DNA from: Klebsormidium nitens
Lineage: Eukaryota > Plantae > Klebsormidiophyceae
Direction: 5' to 3'
Length of the DNA: 64,000 nucleotides
Assembly (NCBI GenBank): GCA_000708835.1
Contig: DF237259.1
Coordinates: 41,873 to 105,872 of the forward strand
A program made the translations under genes and the position numbers. This document shows, one piece after another, positions 46,887 through 64,000 of this stretch (positions within the stretch are counted from its first letter, which is position 1; each line of letters starts with the position of its first letter). Under the pieces are notes generated by a model. That model searched no databases. It was not told the origin of the DNA and was given only the letters and a program-made list of their open reading frames with translations.

Positions 46887-49800
46887 CTACAAACCCACCT
46901 CCTCATTGTTTTTCCTCCGCTCCCCCGCGCTGCCCCCGCTGCCCCCCCCGGAGCTCGACCTAACCGAATTCATCACCAGGGGCAGCAGAGACTGCACCAC
47001 GTCGCGCATTAGCGGTCGGTAGTCCGCTTGGCCTTGCACGCACATCGCGGCAATTGCCGCCAGCTGGGTTAAGTCTTTGTTGGAGTACTGGCCGTCCAAA
47101 CGCGGGTCCACGATCTCTTGCAGCCGGTGTCGGTCGACGAGCATGGGCATCACCTGACACGGGAAATAATCTCGGTTTAGGGGTTTATAAACTAAGGGTA
47201 TCAGACTTGTAATCAGGGTTCTGAGCCTTGAAATGCTAAGGTCAAGTATTGGCTCTTTTACACGCGAGTCCACGATCTCTTGCAGCCGACGGCGGTCGGC
47301 GAGCAGAGGCATCACCTGCACGGAACAAATTCCGGGTTTAGAAAGTATGTAGGTTTTTTTAGATTTTGGGATTTTGAGACCATTTTAAGGTAACGTTGAG
47401 TACTGGCCCTCCATATGCGGGTCCACGATCTCTTGCAGCCGGTGACGGGCGACGAGCATGGGCATCACCTGAACCGAAAGAAATACTCGGTTTTTAGGGT
47501 TCTACAAACGGTTCAAGGTTTGTGGACAACGCAAGGCAAAGGTTTGGGTTAAGTAACAAGGTTAAGTACTGGCCCTCCATATGCGGGTCCACGATCTCTT
47601 GTAGCAGGTGACGGTCGACGAGCATGGGCATCACCTGAACCGGATAGAATACGGGTTTTGGGAACCAAGGGTTTCAGATTTGTAACCATGGTTTGAGCCT
47701 TGCGACGCTAAGGTTACTTAAGTAATGGCTCTCTAAACGCGAGTCCACAATCTCTTGCAGCCGATGGCGGTCACTGAGGACGGGCATCACCTGAATCACA
47801 AGCTTTTGGAGGGTTTGAGGCTTAGGGCTTGTTGATCAGTGTAGGGGGCGTTTGGGGCTCCGAGACCTTCGAGGCTAACGTTACTTATTGGCCGTCCAGG
47901 GTCCACAATATCTGGAGAGCACCAAGGTAACATATTAGAGTTACTGCCATGCGGTCAACAGAAACTGCCCCTTCCTGAGTTTTCTTCGATTTGCTTGCGG
48001 TCAGCAAGCAAGAAAAATGCCCACGCGCACGCATTTGGGGTTTGGCATTCAGAGTTCTAGGTTTGTAACGTCAGCACTCTAAGTGCAAGGTTACGCAATA
48101 GGGTCAAGGGCTGAATAACGACCCCTTGGACGTATTTGCAGTCAGGCGCCTGTAAGCAAGAGACAGATTGCCGGACCTTAAGTCAGCCGGGTTCATGATG
48201 AGCACGCAATCTCCTAACTTACACCAATGGAACGAGACCACTCAAAAAGCGTCGCCGGTCGCGGATCGAGCAACAAGAAGCTCCTTGCTTCCGTCAGCTG
48301 TAACGACGTCAGCAAAAGTGGCAAAGACTTCGTCAGCTAATAAAGCCACTCAGAGACGGTCAACCTGCTGTGAATCCAGAAATGATAATCAAGCCATGAC
48401 CAAGAACGAAAGCCAAGCGACGCAAACCATCATCAGAACTCGCTCGCCCATCGACTCTTCGGATGGGGGGTAGCGAGAATCAAAGCTCGAAGAACCAACG
48501 ATAGAAGAGCCACGCCAAACTCACCCACGGAACCAGGACAATCTCGCCCGACTTGCGCCGGGGATCTACTGGGGGCCGCCCGGTGATAAGCTCCAGCAGG
48601 ACAACCCCGTAACTGTACACGTCACTCTTGGTCGTCAGATGGCCGGTGAGGGCGTACTCGGGCGCTGCAAAAGAGGCCACGTGTCAGGCTGCACTCGTAC
48701 CGGGTTCGAAGTCTCCACATTCTGGAGCAAACGCTGAACGAAAATCTTCACACCGTAAATGCACAAGCAAATATCTTGATAGCGCGGATGCTTCGTTAGA
48801 GCGTACTCAGGTGCTGTTGAGTCACCAGGCTAGCAAAGAACACGACGTTGTATTGAAGTACTTTGGAGCGGTTTCACAACAGAGACGTTTGAGCGGAAGA
48901 TACAACGAGATCATGAAGGCTCCGCTGTTAAGGACCTTTCCTAGCAATTCGATCGATGATCTACAACAGTTTCGCAGTTCTTCAGCGCCGATGCGCACTG
49001 CTTACCGACGTAGCCTTGTGTGCCCAGCACACGTGTGCTGACGTATTCCCCTTTATCCGGGCTCAGCTTCGCGAGGCCGAAGTCGGACACCTTGGCCTGC
49101 GGACAGCGCGCAATGACGTCAGCTTCAAACAGCCAAAGGAGGACAGTGACGAACACGGCGAGATGTGGCCTTTCCTATGATCGTACTGATTGTCCGAGAT
49201 TGCAATCGGCGTAAGCATCTTAACGTCACAGATACTAAGAATCCTCTTCTCTTCTGTGAAGCTGCTTCCATCCCAAAAAGCTCCCAAACGGCGTTCTTAA
49301 AAGCATACCAAACGACCGAGAAGAGTCCGCGCTTTAGTTCCCCCTCACCCTGTAGTTGAAGTCCAGCAGCACGTTGCTCGACTTGAAGTCCCGGTGGATG
49401 ACCGTCGGTTGCGCCACTTCGTGGAGATACTCCAGACCCCGCGCGGCGTCGAGCGCAATCTGCAGTCTCGCAGCCCAGTCGAGCGGCTGAGGGCTCCCAG
49501 GTCGGCCTGCGAGTATTCACATTGGGTTACGTCTTTTTGGGTTTGCGCATGTTGGCTGATGTTAACCCAGGTTAGCATGGAACGGGAACGATCGACAGTC
49601 GAGCGCTTGTGGGCTCCCGGGTCGGCCAGAAAACCTTTCGACTAGTTGACGGAATCTATTGCTTTTGCTTCTCCTTCTTACGGCTGGCATTGAGCGCACT
49701 TACGTTGTCCGTCTCCGTTAAGGCTGCGCTCTTATTTGGCTGGCATTCACTTGTGCTCAAGTACTTTGTCTACGATATACTACGGCATCCAATTATTGTT

Positions 49801-52675
49801 ATTCAGGAGTTCAAAAGCTCAGTGGCTGAAGAAGACAAGAGCGACGTATCCAAGTTATCATTCAACGGTAACAGGGTCCAGCGTTCTCACTGTGCTCGTT
49901 GCGCCTTAACTTCATCATTGGAACAGGTAATGTCGGAGCATGTCGCCCAGTTTCCAGATTTGGAAACTTCAGCTCACCGTCCGTGAAAAGATGCTCTTGA
50001 AGGCTCCCGTTGGGCATGAAGCCGTAGACCAGCACTCGGTGCTCGCCATCCGCACAGTACCCCCACAGGCTCAGCAGAAAAGGGGACGCCAACCGGCTCA
50101 GCAAATCGACCTGGGCAGGACAGTCGTTCTTGTTAGAATGATGGTCAGTGAATCACAGTCGCGGCGATTATTATTACGCGGGGAGATCGTTTGACACGTG
50201 TTGGCCCCCAGTTGCCTAAAAATCCGAATGGTTCAGACGAGTTTTGGGGCTGTCAGATGTGTAGCCACATAACCGGCAGAGTTATTAGGCCCACAGTTGG
50301 TACCGTTGCTGCGTGCAGTTCATCAATGCCGGAATTACTTACACGTTTGATGCACACTTCGACAGTGCCTTGTCAGTGCCTTTCGACCTGTAAGCACGAA
50401 AGGCATGGCCAAGGAAAGAATCACAGATACTCGTCCCAGAAGGCCCATGTAAGTAGAGTTTGAAGGGCGAAACACAAAGCATCCATAACCTGACAATCTG
50501 CTGAAACTTCACCCCCCCAGAAAGTCAATTTGTCACGCACCTCGACCCGGAATTCCTTCTCGCCTTGCCGCCCTGCTCTGTCCAGTCGCTTCACGGCCGC
50601 CACACGCCCGTCCGAAAGTTTTGCGTAGTACACGCGCCCGAAGCCGCCCTCGCCAACTAGATGCTTGGGGCTGAAGTCGCGGGTGGCCAGCTGTAGCTCC
50701 TTGTAGCTGAAAATCTTGGCCACGTATTCCTGGTCGTTTTGGGCGTTGTATGGGTCCATTGCGGCATGCCAATCTGATAAGAAAAAAGCAGAGACGGATC
50801 AGCAACTCGTACATGAAGAAGCTGGGCGTGTGGTGTACGTCGAATTGAATGCCTTGTGGTTGCCTTGCTTGCAGTGGTCTGTGTTCGGATGGAAGCTTCG
50901 CCCTTGGAGCACTTCTGCATGAAGTCCCTCGTTCTGAATGCAAGTCTTTCGGGGGTCTCCAACCTTGGCTCTTTCAAGTAGAATAATCTAGTTCGGCGCA
51001 GTCTGGATCGGGCAATTCAATTGATGCGTGAAGTGCTGGCAGCAGCTATTGCTAACCTTCTCCATATTTACCGTCAGGTGTGCAACCAAAAACCTCTTGA
51101 TTTGCCTCTCAAACCCTTGCAGTATGATGAATGCTCTTTTGTCGTTGAGAAAGTCCACTATCAACTCACACAAAAGGACAGAAGAGAGACTGATTCAACA
51201 TTCACTCTTCAGTGTGCCCCAGCTTATAAAACCCAGCACCTTGAAATATCTTCAGACAGGAAAAGTGTGCAACAGATTGTTAAGAGAAAGAAGCAAAGCG
51301 GGCTGTAATCAAGGAGATAATACATTGGTAGCCTGCAGTTATCAAAAGGACTTGCACGTATGCCCGAGGCAGGAAGGATCCTTTGAAAGCTCACAGGGCC
51401 CGAAAGCCAGCATTTATGGTGGAGAGTTAACAAGGGTCATGTCAAGGTCCGAAACATGCATTGTTTTTCACAGAAGCAAAAGCTCTTTCTGTGGGCTGAC
51501 TTTCTAGACAAGACTGGCTTACTACCAAAGCCCTCCTCTGGATGCAAAGTCCCGAGTAAGAGTTGTCCACAAAGTCCTCAACATGAACAGACACCGAAAG
51601 AACATCAGCAGATGATGCGGCAATCTATCCACCTGAACGAGCACTCCAAGAGCATTTCGTTTGAGAAGCGGGACTTCTCTTGTGCATGCCCTCTGAGAAG
51701 AGAGCAGCACGCTTAATAGACTTTTCCCCTTCCTTTAAACAGCTGGCGCTCTGAAGATGGTCTTCCAATCTTTCTAGGAGCTCATGACTGAACCAACAAT
51801 TGGTTCAGTCAAGAGGATCAATAAAAGGGAGCCGCAAGACACTGGAGGCAAAGGAAAATCATAGTGCCCCTTTATGCCCAGGTTGAGAGTGCGCAAACTC
51901 TCCGGTCAACGGCGTGGGCAGCTAATGCATTGGGTTCAACTCCGAGGAAGCAATTGCAGGGCCCAGTCACATCAAAGATACCACACAGAACGCTATCCCT
52001 GGGGGTTTTTGTTAGCAGCAGTAAGAATCTGCCAGCTTGTGAGAAGAGGTGTCTTGAGCCAATCGCTGTTGAGAACCGGAGTCAAACTGTCGCCAAAAGG
52101 TAGAGTGGAGTCTGGAAAGGTAGACAGTCCATAGAGGCCGACCAAAAGGCTTGAGTACGACTAAGCAGATTTAGGAGAACATCCAACAAACTCGAGGGGA
52201 GACCCCCCCCAGATAGCATTTCATGCAATTCACAAAGCTGGGAAGAAGCTTTCATAGGAAGCCTTTAAGCCATACACAGAGCTGCCCACAAGAGTCTTAG
52301 GTGCAGGTCCCCCGACAGCTGTTAATGGACCCGACAGCTGTAGACAGGTGTCACCACACCTGTGCCGCAGTCACTAGCAGGTAAGCTGGACTTACCAGGC
52401 GCCACATGGTTGCTCTTGACGATGGGGGGGGCTTCGGTGTCCCCCTTCAGCTCCCCCCTTCTCCGGGAGCACACTAAGAACAGCCCCCCCAGAGCGCCAA
52501 TAATGATGATGCCCCCCCCCGCGCACACGATGATCATGATGATCAAGTTTGTGCTGAGACCGCCCCCGCTGCTGACAACTGAGACGGGGGGCTGGCTCGG
52601 TAGATCTTGCGCTTTCGCGTGGGGCATTGACATAGCAAGCAACAGGAGGGTCGCTAGCCAGCCGCAGCACCTCAT
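46887..52675 (-). CDS. RLK/Pelle receptor-like Ser/Thr kinase with signal peptide, very short ectodomain and single TM
   Basis: Exons 52396-52675 (SP + TM), ~50541-50770, 49978-50110, 49349-49506, 49006-49096, 48525-48664, 46887-47153. Motifs [71 protein letters not shown]. Juxtamembrane exons between 50770 and 52396 unresolved. Confidence 0.93.
46960..47950 (-). repeat. Five to six tandem ~153-166 bp copies of acceptor plus start of the kinase last exon (cag|[18 protein letters not shown])
   Basis: catcacctg at exon-start positions 47153 (intact), 47315, 47468, 47634, 47790, and a degenerate sixth copy near 47890-47930. Spacers are rich in ggttt/agggttt. Confidence 0.92.
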
Positions 52676-53204
52676 TTGACCCTCCATTGCTGCTTGCGCG
52701 TTATGATAAGAAGGCCGCTTTGACGATCCGATGGTCGTGCGCATTATGGGCTACAGCTGTGAGTGGCAAACCACCCCAGAATGCGAAGGAGTAGAGCACG
52801 TCTTGAGCAAATCTGCCTTCTTAACAAGTGTGAATGCTGGGGGAGGGAATGGTGGGGGAGGGGTTGGAGCCCTGAACTAGACTAAGGAGGGGTTGGTGTG
52901 CTGTCCCATCAGAGGCTATGCAGGGTCGCTGACCTGGCACTCCCTAGTGATGTGACCGCTTGACACAATCACAAGGGAAGCCCTTAAGTAAGGCTAGGTG
53001 TTGAAAACCCTGATCTGGACTCTGTTCTTAACGGCTCTGCCAATTACCTCTGCATTCCCTCTCTGTATCAGAATGCCACCACTCATGAAGTGGTTAAGAG
53101 TCTCCTACGCTTTCCCACACTACATCGACAAGCAACGCGGCATACTTTAGCGTAATTGGCGGTGTAGAACCCGTAGATCTCTGTGTAGAACCTGCAGCCA
53201 CAGC

Positions 53205-54271
53205 ATGTCCGACAACGCGCAGACGAATAAGCCTACTTGGACAACCAAGAGCAAGCGAATGCGCAAAGCGAACGCCCCAGTCCACCCCTAACTACGGTCC
53301 AAATGTCTTCGCTCATTGCCCTCCTCCCGCGTTCCACAATGTGGGGATTCTTCTTACAATGAAGATCTGCACCCAGCCAGCTCCAACAAACAGACCCAGC
53401 GCTCTGGGCCTGTGCAATACCAGTGTCAGATAAAAGCTGCTAGCTTGCTTAGCTGGCTTCAGAAGGTCCGCATTCCGCTCCAGACTTTCTCAATCACCTA
53501 TTCTCTCCGTTGCTGACACGGCTTGATGGAAGGCGCCAGCTTCAGAGTAGGGAGAGTGACCCAAACGAAAGATTCACCACACAGGATGTCGGTCAGAAGC
53601 TGTTTGCACCAGGGATTGTCATGATGAGAAGACACAGTCCTGACGCGCCATGGCGAATTTTCCCTGACATGCTGTGCAATGGTGGTACACCCTAGCAGGC
53701 TGTACCCCGCCAAAGTGCGTTCTCATTTCTGTGCACACTGTGCATGCCCAGCTCCGCACTGCGCAGTCATCGAGTGCTCGCCGCTCGGGAGTCCGAGTCG
53801 TGGAGAACCACGAGTGTTTCCACGTGGCTGGTACCGCACCGTACAAGGTCAGTACGTACTCAACCTTCTTGCAATTAATTCCTTACTAAATCCGTCTATA
53901 TTGGAGGGGCGGATCTCCAACGCCCGGGGCATTTGCTCGGGAAGCCGGAAAAAGAATGCAATACGATGGTATCTTTCAGCCGGCGACCGGATGCCTTTGC
54001 CCTCGGTGGATAGGACGTGGTTCGTCTTATTACAGCCTCCGGATTGCAGGTCAATCATATTCTGACACAGACAACGGGTGAAACTCGGGCGGATGACTAT
54101 GTTTATATTGGTCAGAATACCTCAATACAGATTAATTTACGACGTTGAATAAGGCGGGATGCAGACTCTGTCAGCATATTCAGGCCAGAGATCATCGAAT
54201 ACGCCAGAGACAAGCACAACTGCAAGCTTCCGAGATTTTCGTTCGAGGAAAGCCCCCCGTCCGTACACTGA
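53205..54271 (+). CDS. Putative small 4-exon gene (131 aa), unknown function
   Basis: ATG 53205. Exons 53205-53297, 53585-53684, 53752-53847, 54165-54271 give phases 0,1,1 and one continuous ORF. One intron is only 67 nt and the last acceptor is weak. No family recognised. Confidence 0.3.
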
Positions 54272-55190
54272 GTACAGAAAAGCTATCAAGTCCGCTTTTA
54301 TCGAAGAAACAAGTTTCACCAAGGTAGAATCGGTATCTTCTAGTCGAGTAGGGTCGCATTTCTGGCCTTACCAGAAGTCATCCCGCAAACAGAGCTCTGC
54401 TCTGTTTCTAAAACTGCTTTTACCATCCTGTTGTCAGAACATGTGCAATAATTGCAGGCCTTTCAGTTCCATAAATTTCGGAGCTGTCCCGGTCAAACTT
54501 GACATCAGCGTACTGTTCAGCGTGGTCGCTGCCCGAGGGTTCGGTTAACCGTCCGATCTCAAGAAGACACATCGACGGCAACCGCTCCCCCCAAGCTCAG
54601 ATCAGTTTGATATCGTCACCGAGTCCTGGCCGTTGATCTATTTGAGGTGGCAGGCAAGAGATCGGACTAGCTGGGCCGCGAAATGGTACAAAAAGAGACC
54701 AAAGTTGCTGGTCGCTCCCCGGGGAGGCCACTAAAACACGCAGCCTCAAGGCCCGCTCATGTGCAGGCATACGACAGCCACGAGGCTCCCGTTTCATAAT
54801 TGCATGCTGTCACCCGCAGCTTTGTCGGATTTTATACGTTGGATTGATATCAAAGCTGATGAACGAAACGCTGGCGCATGGACATTGATGGTGTCCAGAT
54901 ATATGGTGATGCATCTGAATAAGCATCATATATACGTCTTAGGAACGGTTTGGTTGTCGAACTGGCATGCATTGACAATCACAATGACGGTTGTGGATGC
55001 GCGAAACGATCCATATAACATTTCCACGCACCTAGTGGTCTTTGAATCCATATGGGTTGAGCAGAGATTGATCCTTAGCATTCACCGGATCCGGTCTACA
55101 AAAGATTGGCCGAATCTTATTCCGTGTAACACTATGTTAGAGAAACGCAAAGCCGCCTTATAAGGACGACTGGAAAGCAGGCGTGGACAT

Positions 55191-63225
<8,035 letters not shown>

Positions 63226-64000
63226 GATGGCAGCGGCAGTTGTTAGGGGAACTCACAAGTCAATCAGGATGCCTCGGCAATTGGTCTTCGCTAGTTTACC
63301 CTGCGCGCTTCAGCCAGCTCACCCGCCTCTAACCTTCTCATTCTCAGGCTCCTTCGAGGGCAACCCCGCCCTGACTCTGAACTTGCCAGGGGGCGGACGC
63401 GCCTAAAAGACTTTGAAAGGGGATCTAGACTGGGGGCGCAGATGAACGAGGGCCTCGGGTCCGACCGTCTCCTGGCAATGGTTCAGACCGTTTTGTTGGC
63501 GGTAACAGTTACGCTCTGCCGCTGGCGCGGGTCGCGGCCGCCGGCGCGGATACAGTTCGTTCTCTTGTTTGCTATTGCCAAACAAGCTTCGCATGCAATT
63601 CCAACGCAATTGAAAGGCGCAAAGAACAATTTCTTTGGGAAGCGCGAAGGGGAAGCACTGCAGAACGCTACGAGGGTAGCGGCCTGGGCCCCACGGTCAC
63701 GAATTTATTATTATGAGAGCATTAATGATGGCACAGCGTGCCCGTTCCGGAACGCGAAGTCAATAGGCTAAGCTAGCCTACGCGAACCAACGATTGTTAG
63801 AGTGTTACTCGACATGTCTCAGACCGTGGGGCCCTAAAGGCCGCTACGTACAGCTAAGTATGACTAAGGACAGCGTTTAACCGCTAAGAGTCTACCGCTA
63901 CCACTCAGTCAACTACAACTGTTGCAAATTGGTGCCCCGTCCGCCGCGCGCACCAGTAAAAACCCTCCGCCGGATCGGGCCGCTGGAGCGGAGCCACGTC

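Noticed and set aside
46960-47950. Repeat array as CRISPR or telomere remnant
   Set aside because: Repeats translate to the kinase exon start. The ggttt-rich spacers are degenerate with no clean (TTTAGGG)n run.
48695-48725. gggttcgaagtctcca as a tRNA T-arm/3' end; also ggttcga at ~9022 and ~24491
   Set aside because: No acceptor stem, D-arm or anticodon arm could be folded around them.
63780-64000. Mobile element or RNA gene at the window end
   Set aside because: GC/palindrome-rich, but no ORF, TIR pair or recognisable RNA fold, and it is truncated by the window edge.

Overview
Intron-rich, GC-rich eukaryotic nuclear DNA. Gene content and GT-AG intron style point to a streptophyte (charophyte) green alga, Klebsormidium-like; the species is an inference. 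I rebuilt most gene models by hand with splice phases that fit. In order: a long coiled-coil gene (-, partial), an orphan membrane/coiled-coil gene (+), lumazine synthase (-), a catalytically intact M23 peptidase (+), an ALS3/STAR2-type permease spliced in frame to a STAR1-type ABC ATPase (-), RRA-type arabinosyltransferase (-), RAD1 (+), a GT4-like glycosyltransferase (-), a patatin-like lipase (+), an orphan repeat protein (-), a receptor-like kinase (-), a possible small 4-exon gene (+) and SEC23 (-). Two observations stand out. First, the permease and ATPase of the STAR1/STAR2 (FetAB-like) transporter appear to be one fused gene, with a His/Ser-rich N-terminal extension and a +1 G frameshift. 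Second, at about a dozen sites in six genes a splice junction plus adjacent exon sequence is repeated 2-6 times inside the intron, leaving decoy splice sites. I found no supportable rRNA, tRNA, CRISPR array or intact transposon.
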